A DNA stretch of 64,000 nucleotides, taken from assembly GCF_009914755.1 (NCBI RefSeq), contig NC_060934.1. One strand, written 5' to 3'. Of this stretch, positions 1 to 11,923 are shown piece after piece; the stretch's first letter is position 1, and each line of letters starts with the position of its first letter. This stretch comes from the human T2T-CHM13v2.0 reference genome, Homo sapiens. The translations under genes were made by a program, and so were the position numbers. Below the pieces are notes generated by a model. The model saw only the letters and a list, made by a program, of their open reading frames with translations. It searched no databases and was not told where the DNA came from.

Positions 1-149
1 CTTAACTTTGCTGGTCCTCAGTTTCTGCGTCTGATAAAAGAAGAGCTGACCTACATTGTTTTTGAGGTCCTTCCCAAAGTTAATATTTGATCATCACCCA
101 AAGTACACAGGAATCATGGTTCACTGTTCACAGATGATACTGTGCTAAT

Positions 150-1050
150 TGCTACTCATTTATTCAACAAACAAATGAAGAAATTCAGTGTCAGCCCTCA
201 GTTTTTAGTCTGGTGGAGAGAGAGACAGATGAGTAATTACTATACAGTGCCATACAGAAGGAATTAGTGGTGGCATCACAAAGAAAGTAATGCTTGAGCA
301 GAAACTTTATGGGGAAAAGTTGACAGGATTCCAGCAAGGAATGGCTCGTGCAAAGAAAACTACATGCTGTGACCAGGATACAGTTAATGGTTTAGCATGG
401 TTTTAGCACAGTGTGCATGCTGGAGAATCGCAGAAAAACAAAGTTTTGGAAGAAAGGAGCTAGTTCATATATGTCAGGCAGAGCTCAGATTTTACTATAT
501 GGAGGAACTGAAAGCAGGGGATCAGGTCTGCACTTTAGGAACACAGTTCTGGTGATAATATAATGAAAGAAACAAGAAGGAGATAACTGGGAGACAAGTT
601 AGTTAGTCAGTGAATGTCAAGAGATGCTGGCTGCTAAAGCACAGCCATGAGGACAAAGACAGGCTCCAAAGAACAGCTATTCAGGCAGCAGAATTAACCT
701 GCTGAATGTGTGTGGAATGACTTTAAAAAATGGAATTTCAGGATTGTTCTTAGTTTTCACTGGGGTGACTGAGCAGATACTGGCCTCATTCACGAAACAG
801 GAAACACAGGGAATAAGTCTGGGGAGGGAAGGTTGGTTTTGAACTCTATACATTTCGGGTACTTTGGGTACTGGGGTAAGGGTGTCACCGTCAGGAGCTC
901 AGGTAAGAAGTCCAGGCTAAAGAGAGATTTGGAGGTCATTTCCCTAAACTGGTGGTTGAAGCTAAGAGATTACTCATAGGGAACAACAGAAACTGAAAAG
1001 AGAAAAAGATCAAGGACAAAACCTTAAAGAGCAACAACTGCGGGAAGGGG
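150..1050 (-). mobile_element. Degenerate L2 LINE fragments
   Basis: cattTattcaacaaa-type L2 tail at ~156-172 followed by purine-rich L2-like sequence. Confidence 0.45.
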
Positions 1051-1149
1051 GACAGAGGGAAAGGTTTGTTTATTTTTATGACAAACTTCAACATGTCTAG
1101 ATGCCAAGGAGAAGAAAATGACTACAAAAGCATAGAAAAGGTATTAGAG

Positions 1150-1370
1150 CAAGCTTGTCCAACCTGCAGCCCACAGGCTCCATGTGGCCCAGGACTGCTT
1201 TGAATGTGGCCCAAGACAAATTTGTAAACTTTCTTAAAACATTTTGAGAGTTCTTTGCAATTTTTTATTTTTTGAGCTCATCAGCTATCGTTAGTGTATT
1301 TTATGTATGGCCCAAGACATTTCTTCTTCTTCCAATATGGCCCAGGGATGCCAAAAAATTGGATACCCCA
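1150..1370 (-). mobile_element. MER30 hAT-Charlie MITE
   Basis: caagcttgtccaac...ttggatacccc termini match the MER30 reverse complement. Imperfect 8-bp TSD tattagag/cactagag. Confidence 0.85.
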
Positions 1371-2579
1371 CACTAGAGCAAGATCCCAGAGGAACTGGTA
1401 CTGCAAATTTAAAATAACCTAAGAGGTGGGAGAAGAATGGTAGAAACTGATGTTTGCGAAAACAATGAAACAAGGAAAGTTCAAGACTGGGAAATGGTCT
1501 ACAGAGCCAAGTGCAGAAAAGAAGCCTAAGAAGATATTTTGGGTTTGGCAATCACAAAGTCCTTGGTGGCATGATTAGGTGGCGGAAGCCAGAACTCTGT
1601 GGGTAGAAGAGTTAACAAGTAAGGGAAGGGAAAAAAAGATTACCTTTTTCTCTAAATGTGGCTGTAAAAAAGGAGAGAGAGAAGAAATCTGAGAATAATC
1701 CCAGTTGATGGTTTTTCTTTTTGTTTTTGTTTTGTTGGATAGGGCAGATAAAGCCAGGGGAGGGAGGTGGGGAAAGGGTATACTGAAGATAAAAAGGGAG
1801 GGTTAAATGATGAAATAAGGCCCCAGAGGAGACAGAATGAATGGGATCTAGGACATATATTGGATCATCTGTAGATAGAAAAAAAAAAAAGAAATAAATC
1901 AAACATACCTCTTCATCTGAGACAGGATATCTGCTGATGTTAAGTTGGCCTGGTGGTCAGTGTCACAGTATTCATGTCTGAGAGTCTCTGTTTCCTCTGA
2001 AAAAGCCAAGCCAGCTGCTGAAAGTACAAGGTCAAAAGTAGAGTAGGTTTAAGGAACGATAAAAGTTAGAATAGTAGCTGTGGGTGAGAAAGGAAAAGAA
2101 TGGCTGAGCTACATTATGGACCATGCCATATCATCATGGCAATAATCTGGTTACATGATTTTCACTAATACAATTACCTTTCTATATGAGGAGAGAAAGC
2201 AAATGGCTAGACTAAACTAGAATAGGTATGCTGGACAAAAGTGGAAGAAACACAAAAGGCAAAGAAATTGTGGATACTGATGTGGGTAAATAATAAAACA
2301 AGGAGTGTGGGCTAGACAAGGAAGAAAGTCAATGTAGGTAGAGGCTGATGATGACAAAATAGTCATCAAGGGACAGCGTCTTCATGAGATCAGGGATTAA
2401 GTATAGAAGAATAAGGCAGAGGAAGAGATGAAAGAAACAGGAAGATGAGAAGAGAATACTAGAGTTCGTGATTGTTAATATGGAACAGTCTTAGATATTA
2501 TGGTCCTGCAGTCAGTCAGTCATGGCAGTAAGTTAAGGGAATATGGGGTGCTGGACCTGTGATACACATGACTGCTTTA

Positions 2580-3312
<733 letters not shown>

Positions 3313-3362
3313 TCACAAGGAGGAATGTTTTGTGAACAAGAAGATATAAAGACATAGAGGGG

Positions 3363-3729
3363 TGAGAACATGTGGTGTTTGGTTTTTTGTCCTTGCGATA
3401 CTTTGCTGAGAATGATGGTTTCCAGCTTCATCCATGTCCCTACAAATGACATGAACTCATCATTTTTTATGGCTGCATAGTATTTCATATGAGAATTGAA
3501 CAATGAGAACACCTGGACACAGGAAGGGGAACATCACACACCAGGGCCTGTTGTGGAATGGGGGGAGGGGGAGGGATAGCATTAGGAGATATACCTAATG
3601 TAAATGACGAGTTAATGGGTGCAGCACACCAACATGGCACATGTATACATATGTAACAAACCTGCACGTTGTGCGCATGTACCCTGGAACTTAAAGTATG
3701 ATAAAATATATATATATATAAATTTAAAA
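3363..3729 (+). mobile_element. 5'-truncated, 5'-inverted (twin-primed) L1PA (PA4-6-like)
   Basis: Antisense ORF2-end fragment ~3363-3485 followed by sense 3'UTR ~3491-3729. TSD aaagacatagaggggt / aaagatatagaggggt. Confidence 0.9.
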
Positions 3730-4751
3730 AAAGATATAGAGGGGTTTACATATGAGGAGTCTAGAAAAAGAGTTTACAGTTTCCAGAAGAAGGCAGATAG
3801 TGAGACGATCAGCAGATGGAGAAGGTGTGGGAATGAGGCTGCGAGAAGGGATAAATTATCTGGGTTGTTATCAAGTATGACAGAGACTATAGACAGGGTG
3901 GGATTTACGGTCTCAAATGAAACTGTGCCAAGCTGTCAGAGACACTGGGACTCTATTTTGCTTACTAAGGTTAAACACTAGTATTACTTTTGGTCACCAT
4001 ACTATTAAAAAATAAAGACAATCCTACGAAACTTAGGCAATTAATATCAGAATAAAGAGGTCAATAATGTTTATTCTCTATTAACATGTACATTTAGAAA
4101 ATAAAAGCAAAGCTTAAAAATGCATGGAAGGCTTACACAAGACGACTGTTGGGGCATAATGCCTGACACAGAACGCAGTTAAACACTGTGGAAAGCCTGA
4201 ATGAGTGAAAGCATACAAACCACCACCGTGCGGCTCTCTACACTAGCAAGTTTCCGAAGTTCGCCCCAGCCGGTTTCCCTGAACAAGTTCCCAACCGCAT
4301 CACGTTTAGTTTATCTCGTTATTTTAACTCGGAGCGAGGCAATGGGAAAAAGAAAAACAATGAGAGCCGTACTCTGTTTATTAAGCGATGAATGACGACA
4401 CATGGGTGAGCGTGTCTGGCATGCCCTATTTAAGACTTTAAACATAGTACATTAGTACGCTAACAGCAAGCTCTGGAAATAAAAGGAACCGCTTGCATAT
4501 TTAGGGGGCTCTTTTGTAAGCCACAAAGGAAATCACCTGAAGTCAAAGCTCCCCTCTTTTCCTAGCAAGGCAGGGACGACGGCAAAGAGAAAGTAGGTCC
4601 CGGGGCGCTGCAACCCGTGCAACTTGCCGGCTGGCGTCCCCGGCCTCGCGCCTCCACGCCCTGCGCGGGCGACCGCTCTTGCCACAACGGCGCCCCGCAG
4701 CGTCCTCCCCGGGGACGCCCGCTCAGCCGGGAGCTCGCGGCCGGTACTCAC

Positions 4752-4950
4752 CCGCTGGGTATACTCTTCTTCTTCACCAGGACGAGAGGGATGAGAGACC
4801 CACGCCCCAGGCAACCCCGCTCTCAGGCCTCCTCCAGAACAGACCCCAGGGTACGCTACAACTCACACGCTCACGGGCAGAGGCGAGGGGCGGGGGTGAT
4901 AGACCCCGGCGGCGAACAGACTTGGCGCACCGAAGATTCCCAAAGGCGCG
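4752..4950 (-). ncRNA. Putative first exon of a divergent antisense transcript (possibly an ENTPD1-AS1 isoform)
   Basis: Strong minus-strand donor GCGG|GTGAGT (actcac at 4746-4751), plus further minus donors near 4861-4866 and 4533-4537. The ENTPD1-AS1 link is recalled, not visible in the sequence. Confidence 0.35.
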
Positions 4951-5039
4951 TGCTCCGCTCCCTCTGGGTCCTGGCAGGCCAGGGGCGGCAGCGCGCATGC
5001 TCCTGGGTCGCCGCGACTTGCAGCCCGCGGGCGCCGTAG

Positions 5040-5120
5040 GGCTGGCGCAGGGTGCGGTGGGGCGGTTGGTGATCATCCTAGCCTGCGGTAGATGGTGCGC
5101 CCTGCCTTCCCTGCCCAGAC
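5040..5120 (+). other. CC2D2B: Putative non-coding exon 1 of CC2D2B (TSS uncertain)
   Basis: Donor AC|gtaaga at 5120/5121 inside the CpG island, with an alternative donor CAG|gtgaat at 5146/5147. The start coordinate is a guess. Confidence 0.5.
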
Positions 5121-5277
5121 GTAAGAAAAGTGCACTGTCCGTCCAGGTGAATGTCGGGCTGCTGGTGAAGGTTTCTCTGATTCTTCCCTGTCAGACATTC
5201 CCGCACTTTTGTGGAGCTCTGCTGCATGGGCAGAACTAGCTGGGCTGGGATAACCGGAGCCGGGGCCGCGCAGGCCG

Positions 5278-5293
5278 CTGGGACTTGTAGTTC
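5278..5293 (-). promoter_or_regulatory. ZNF143/THAP11-type ACTACAnnTCCCA motif
   Basis: ctgggacttgtagttc reverse-complements to gaACTACAagTCCCAg, a motif enriched at bidirectional CpG-island promoters. Confidence 0.65.
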
Positions 5294-6953
5294 GGGGGCC
5301 TGGCCGACCGGTTTGTTAGCCAATTTGGGAATGAGTAGAATTGAAAATCACTCGAGAGCAGTGTTTGATTTGCAAGAAATACGGGTCGGCATATTATTAA
5401 TTCAGTGCCTACTGTGTGTGCTGAACACCTTGCCTTAGTCCTGATCTTCACATTAGGATAAGCAGGAAGATGAACTTGGAAGGTAGAATGTAATGAACAA
5501 AAATTCGCATTATGAACTACAAATGCTGTTGGAGATCAAGAGACAGAGTTAGAAAAAACTTCCTGAAAGACGTGGAGTTTGAATCAGCCTTAGAAACACG
5601 GAATGCTATCCATTTGCGGGGAAGTTGTAAAAATTAAAGGATGGAGATGCCAGGGAGAATAAACAAGAACTCCATCCAGCTATAGTTGAGGGGTTATGTT
5701 GGAGAGTGGTCAATGTTGGAGAGTGGTCACTGCGGCTTAGATGGGGAAGTGATGTGAGGGTTTTTTGGCTTCACTTTCAGAAAGGGCCTCCTGGTTGACT
5801 TTCTCTCTAATTGAGGCTATAAGTATAGACACAGAGATACATCTTCAGGTTTGAATAAAAAACATTACAGTACTTGTTTAGAGCTTCTGGGCCTCCTGGC
5901 CAGTGGTTGCTCTAAGAATTAATACATTTTTATAAATCTTGTAATTCACCTTTGAGTAGCAAAACTACGTTGCATGGTGTGTGTTAGATGTAAATTTTCA
6001 AAATATAATATGATAGTTTTTGTAACCTGTTTCCACATTAGTTTTCATGTACCAGAAGTCCCAAGATAGAGAAGTGGGCCCAAATCTTTCTTGATCTACA
6101 GGAGCAGGACATGATGACTTGGGAACTGGTCCTGAGAGCAGTGGGTGATTTAGTTTTGTTGCCTTTCGAAGACTTAAATAAATTCACAGATCAGAAAATC
6201 TTTTGTCACGCCGTTTGTTCCTAAGTTTTGATTTTGGAAAACAAGATAACAGTTAAGTTAATTTTTAAACTTGCCAGTTAATGCAATACATGGAAGTCAT
6301 AATGTTTTTTGTAGAACACTGTGAAATACTGCTATATTCCTCTTAACTAAGTAAAGAATTGTTAAGTTAAATTCCACTTCTTCCATATCCTAATAACAAT
6401 AAAGGGTAGCTGGTGCTATATATTTAATAGATTATTTTTACAAAATGCTATTGTTGCCTTAATTACATCATAACTGTGAATGAGACCTTAATTCTGGACA
6501 TAGCATCCTAATTCAAATTAAGTCTGGAAGGCATCATTTAGGAAACATTGCTATAAGAGAGTTCAGAAAGGTGTCATCATACTATGTGACAATAGATGAA
6601 CTGAGATAAAGATAAAATTGGATTTTGGTCTGAATTCAGATCTGCTAAGGAAGGAAAGTGCATTAATACATTTAGAAATATTTCTAACAAGAGCCAGGGG
6701 AAGATTAAAGGGAACCAATTTTCTGATTGGATCACAATTAAAGATATGTTACTATATACTAAGATATGCATTGTGTAACCATTTCCACATGCTAGAGGTT
6801 TTTCTGTGGTTTTATTTTGCTAGCACTCCTGAAACCAAATGGCCTGTGACAGAAGTAACCAAGGTGACTGAAAATTGTGCCAAAAAGAAGTCTGTGCTGA
6901 TTCAGGGATCCACATAGTCTTGTGCCCGCAGAATTGATTTAGAAATTTGTTTA

Positions 6954-7268
6954 GGCAAAGCGCAGTGGCTCATGCCTATAATTCCAATGCTTTGAGAGGC
7001 TGAGGCAGGAGGATTGCTTGAGGCCAAGAGTTTGAGACCAGCCTGAGCAACACAGCGAGACCCTGTCTGTACCTAATAATAACAATAATAATAATTAGCC
7101 GAGCCTTAGAGACACATGCCTGTAGTCCTAGCTACTCAAGAGGTGGAAGCAGGTGGATCACTTGAGCCCAGGAGTTCAAGGCTGTAATGAGCTGTCATCA
7201 TGCCACTGCACTTCAGCCTGGGTGAAAGAGTGAGACCCTGTCTCTAAAAAACAAACAGATAAACAAAA
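6954..7268 (+). mobile_element. AluJ with (AAT)n-expanded linker
   Basis: Diverged Alu dimer with an aataat linker at ~7074-7095. Confidence 0.9.
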
Positions 7269-7349
7269 ACTTGTGTGGCATTCTAGTTTCTACAAATGTC
7301 TGGGGAATTGCATGAACTTGCATTTAACCGTCATGTTGAATGATACTCT

Positions 7350-7757
7350 TGTATTAGGCCATTCTTGCGTTGCAATAGAAGAATACTGGGTAATTTATAA
7401 AGAAAAGAGTTTTAATTGGCTCACAGTTCTGCAGGCTATATAAGCATGGCTCTAACATCTGCTTCTGGTGAGGGCATCAGGGAGCTTACAATCATGGTGG
7501 AAGGGAAGGGGAGCCAGCATGTCACGTGGCAAGAGAGGAAATAAAGGAAGGAGGGGGGAGGTCCTAGACAGACTCTTTTAAACAACTAGATCTCATGTGA
7601 ACTAACTGAGCAAGAACTCATCATGAAGGGGATGGTGCTAAGCCAACCATGAGGTATCCACCCCCACAATCCAATCACTTCCCACCTGGCCACATGTCCA
7701 TTATTGGGAATCACATTTCAACATGAGATTTGGAGGAGACAAACATCCAAATAGATC
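7350..7757 (-). mobile_element. MaLR solo LTR (MSTB-like)
   Basis: tgtattaggccattc...ttaattggctcacagttctgcagg...catgagatttgg...catccaaa matches the MST reverse complement. Confidence 0.85.
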
Positions 7758-7821
7758 TCTAGTATCTATTAGTAGCCTTTTAATCAATTTCCCTGCCTCC
7801 ATAGAATATCTATATTTAATC

Positions 7822-7856
7822 ATTGCCTCTTGGCCTTTTGGCTAAGATCAAATGTA
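7822..7856 (+). pseudogene. 3'-truncated (tailless) U2 snRNA retropseudogene
   Basis: ATTGCCTCTTGGCCTTTTGGCTAAGATCAAATGTA matches U2 nt 1-35 with 4 mismatches. Flanked by the direct repeat tatatttaatc(a). Confidence 0.88.
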
Positions 7857-7959
7857 TATTTAATCAGATCCTTTTTTTTCTTACTGCAAAGTTTTATACT
7901 TTTGGGGGGAAGGGAATTCATACATATTTTAATTAAAATAATTCCTTAGTATCTTGAAG

Positions 7960-8290
7960 TTTTTTTCAGTACCCTTTTTGTGAAAGTGATTTTTTTCTAG
8001 TACATTAGCATGTAGGGAAGATACTGACTTTTACATATATTCTCTTGTATTCTGCCAATTCCAATTTTCTAATTATGTCTAAACTTTATTTAGTCTTTTG
8101 GGTTTTTCATGTATAAAAACCTATCATCTACAAACAATGATAATTTTGTTTTCCTCTTCCAAGAGTTACACCTCTTACTTCCTTCTTTTGCACATCTTAT
8201 TGCATTAACCGGGATTTCTATTAAATACTGAAGGTGACCAAATACAAATATGAAATAGTAAAAGTGTTAGTATATCTGTTTTGTTTCTTG
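7960..8290 (-). mobile_element. Old L1M ORF2 fragment
   Basis: tcatctacaaacaatgataatttt resembles the antisense of the L1 RT (F/Y)ADD region; heavily diverged. Confidence 0.5.
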
Positions 8291-8412
8291 TTAAATTAAA
8301 AAATTTAAAAAGCATACTTTTAACCTCAAGTATCACAAGTCAGTTTTCTTATGGTATGTCATTCTCAATAATATTTCTTATTTATTTAGAAAGTTGAAAT
8401 AAAAGGACCATC

Positions 8413-8448
8413 ATGAAAAAATCTCAAAGAGAAGATATTTTTAAAAAG
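8413..8448 (+). CDS. CC2D2B: CC2D2B first coding exon (exon 8390-8448): MKKSQREDIFKK
   Basis: Acceptor tttatttag|8390, ATG at 8413 with A at -3, donor AAG|gtaagg. Phase 0, in frame with the next exon. Confidence 0.8.
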
Positions 8449-11400
8449 GTAAGGTATTAATGGAGTTTATAATATTTTGATTATTCCAAATAGCCCTGTT
8501 GTAAATGGGGGATAATCCTGATAAATGTGATACATTTGTTTCTATATACAAATCATAAATTCATATGTAAAAAAAGAAACAATAGGAGAGTTTAGGGATG
8601 AATTGTATTCTTATTTGGTCTGTAAGTTATTTAATAAGATGAATTATTTATGTATGTATTTATTTAATCTCTTACTTCAATATCTATTTGTTTATATGTT
8701 CTCTCACCTAGCCAACAAGCCATTCCCTGCTTTGTTAAAAAAGATGTTTGTCAGTGAGTTAAATCTATATAGGAGCAATATTTACATGTCTCTTAGAGTA
8801 ACTGCAATTAAGATTCACATTTTATCCCTACCTTCTAGATGGAAATGAGAACTTATGAAAAAGTATACAGGATTCTGGGAATGGTGGGCAAGATATTTGG
8901 GAACTAATAAGGGAGACCCTCTATCAGTTACTTGCCAGAATTGTTCCATCATACCTTAAGGGTTGCTATCCCCTGGTCAAGAGTAGAATTAGGTATTTTT
9001 TATTGTCTTGAGGTAGGTACTGAAGGTTGAATAAGATGTAAGGGAACATTGTAGTCTGTGTTGACCTTATTCAGTAGTTTTTAATAGTGGTACAAGAACG
9101 AATAGTAGATTTTGAAGTTTTTTCGGAAAGTTTATAGACTGGGCTCTTTTTATGATATTTTAACTGTGATCATGTCAATAGCCTGCTTTGGTTTTTGACA
9201 CAAATTCATGTTTTTACTGTGATTAGAAAGCTTGAGATTTCCAACTGCACATTAGTTTGGTTAGCATGTACAGTTGTTATTTCAGGAGTCTTTGCTATTA
9301 TATTTTTTAGCATTAAAATTAAAAAGAAACTTATAACCATATCATTCTAAAAAGGGTTTAACATTGCTAGAATAGTTTACCTATAGAATATTGAGGTTTA
9401 TAAAAACTGGAAAAGAAATGCTTATTTTAACATACTGAATTTTTGTTGATGATACAACATTCAACTAGAATTACCAGAAGTCAGCTAGAAATATGATTTT
9501 GATGCTTAGGAGAGTGAAGGCTGGAGACACCGATTTGGGAATCCATGGGAATATGTGCACCCTCCAAAGCTTTGGAATGTACCCAACATTTAGGATATGA
9601 AGAGGTATGACCATTGAAGGATACAGAAATAAGTGGCCACAGAGGTAGAAGGGTAGAGGGCAAGGATATATAAAGTTTTCAAAAAATAAGGTTGCTGAAC
9701 GTTGCCACACGCTGCAGGGTAATAAATCAAGTAATAGCTAAAACTAGTATAGCATTGAATTTTCAAAGTATTTTCATATATGTCTGATCTCACTTGACCT
9801 TCTTAAAAGGTACATGAAGTGGTAATACATGAACACTAAGAACTAACTCTTGGATTTTATCATTAAAAGGCCTTTTTTATATTCCAGAGAACAATTTCTT
9901 TTTGGAAATTTTTAATTTTTATGGATACACAGTAGGTATATATAGGTATGGGGTACATGAGATATTTTTATACAGGCATACCATGTGTAATAATCACATC
10001 AGGGTAAATGGGTTATTCATTACCTCAAGCATTTTTATCATTTCTTTGTGTTATAAACATTCCAATTGTATTCTTTCAGTTATTCTAAAATGTACTATAA
10101 ATTATTGTTGACCATAGCCACCCTTTTGTGCTGTAAAATACTAGATCGTATTCATTGCATTGTACTTATTAACCTTCCCCATTCCCTGCCCCCCACCCAA
10201 TACCTTTCCCAGTCTCTGGAAACCATCATTATACTCTCTATTTCCGTGAGTTCAATTGTTTTAATTTTCAGTTCTCACAAATGAGTGAGAATATGCAAAG
10301 TTTTTCTTTCTGTGCCTGACTTATTTCACTTAACATAATGACCTCCAGTTCCATCCAAGATGTTGCAAGTGATAGGATCTCATTCTTTTTTTTATGGCAG
10401 AATAGTACTCCATTGCATATATATATATACCACATTTTCTTTATCCATTTATCTGTTGATGGACACTTAGGTTGCTTCCAAATCTTGGCTCTTGTGAACA
10501 GTGCTGCAACAAACATGGGAGTGCAGGTATGTCTTCAATATACTGATTTTCTTTCCTTTGAGTATATACCCAGCAGTGGAATTGCTGGATCATATGGTAG
10601 CTATATCTTCAGTTTTTTGAGGAACCCCATACTGTTCTCCGTAGTGGCTGTACTAATTTACATTCCCACCAACAGTGTATTAGGGTTGCCCTTTCTCAAT
10701 GCTTTTGCCAGCATTCATTATTGCCTGTCTTTTGGTTAAAAGCCATTTTAAGTGAGTGAGATGATGTCTCATTGTAGTTTTGATTTGCATTTCTCTAATG
10801 GTCAATGATGTTGAGCATCTTTTCATATACCTGTTTGCCATTTGTATGTCTTCTTTTGAGAAATATCTATGTAGATCTTTTGCCCATTTTTAAATCAGAT
10901 TATTAGACATTTTCCTATTGAGTTGTTTGAGCTCCTTGTATATTTTGGTTATTAATCCCTAATCAGATGCATAGTTTGCATATATTTTCTCCCATTCTAA
11001 GGGCTGTTTCTTTGTTGATTGTTTCCTTTACTTTGCAGAAGCTTTTTAACTTGATGTGATCCCATTTGTCCATTTTTTGCTTTGATTGCCTGTGCTTTTG
11101 GGGTATTACTTAAGAAATCTTTGCCCAGACCAATGTCCTGGAGAGTTTCCCCAATTTTTCTTTTAGTAGTTTTATACTTTCAGATCTTAGATTTAAGTCT
11201 TTAATTCATTTTGATTTGATTTTTGTATATGGTGAGAGATAGGGGTCCAGTTTCATTCTTCTGCATATGGATATCCAGCTTTCCCAGCCCCCTTTATTAA
11301 AGAGATTGTCTTTTCCCAATGTGCATTTTTGGCACCTTGTTGAAAATGATTTCATTGTAGATGTATAGATTTATTTTTGGTTTCTTTATTTTGTTCCATT

Positions 11401-11542
11401 GATGTGTATGTGTGTGCGAGTGTGTGTGTGTATTTTAATGCCAGTGCCATGCTATTTTGTTTAGTACAGCTCTGTAGCACAATTTGAAGTCAGTGGTATG
11501 GTTTGGCTTTTAGTATAGCTTTGTAGTACAATTTGAAGTCAG

Positions 11543-11923
11543 TGATATGGTTTGGCCGTGTCCCCATCCAAAATCTCATCTGGAATTATAATCCCCATAA
11601 TCCCCAAGTGTCAATGGGGGGACCAGATGGAGGGAATTGGATCACGGGAGTGGTTTCCCCCATGCTGTTCTTGTTATAGTGAGTGAGTGAGTCTCACAAG
11701 ATCTGATGGTTTTATAGGTGTTTGGCATTTCCCCTGCTTGCACTCACTCTGTCCTGCTGCCCTGTAAAGAAGGTGCCTGCTTCTCCTTTGCCTTCTGCCA
11801 TGATTGCAAGTTTCCTGAGGCCTCCCCAGCAATGCGGAACTGTGAGTCAATTAAACTTCTTTCCTTTATAAATTACCCAGTCTCAGGTATTTCTTCATAA
11901 CAGCGTGAGAATGGACTAATAGA
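11543..11923 (+). mobile_element. THE1 (C/D-like) solo LTR nested in the L1MA
   Basis: TGATATGGTTTGG...GGACTAATAGA termini with 5-bp TSD gtcag/gtcag. Confidence 0.92.

Larger units (their letters stand above)
4570..5390. promoter_or_regulatory. CpG island / probable bidirectional promoter of CC2D2B
   Basis: Sharp local rise in GC and CpG against an AT-rich background. Contains GC boxes (gggggcggggg ~4887, ggggcgg ~5059), an NRF1-like GCGCATGC (~4993-5000), CCAAT (~5320) and an ACTACA-N-TCCCAG motif on the - strand (5278-5293). Confidence 0.9.

Noticed and set aside
4800-4816. RFX X-box expected for a ciliary-gene paralogue
   Set aside because: Only a half-site (ccaggcaac) is visible and no full palindromic X-box was found by eye.
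4533-5451. Several overlapping 70-186 aa ORFs on both strands
   Set aside because: Typical of GC-rich CpG islands depleted in stop codons. They are Arg/Pro/Ala/Gly-rich with no recognisable domain, and several start at non-ATG codons.
6102-6144. Possible extra 5'UTR exon (ctacag|...|gtgggt or gtgatt)
   Set aside because: Donors are mediocre, and nothing in the sequence distinguishes it from a chance pseudo-exon.
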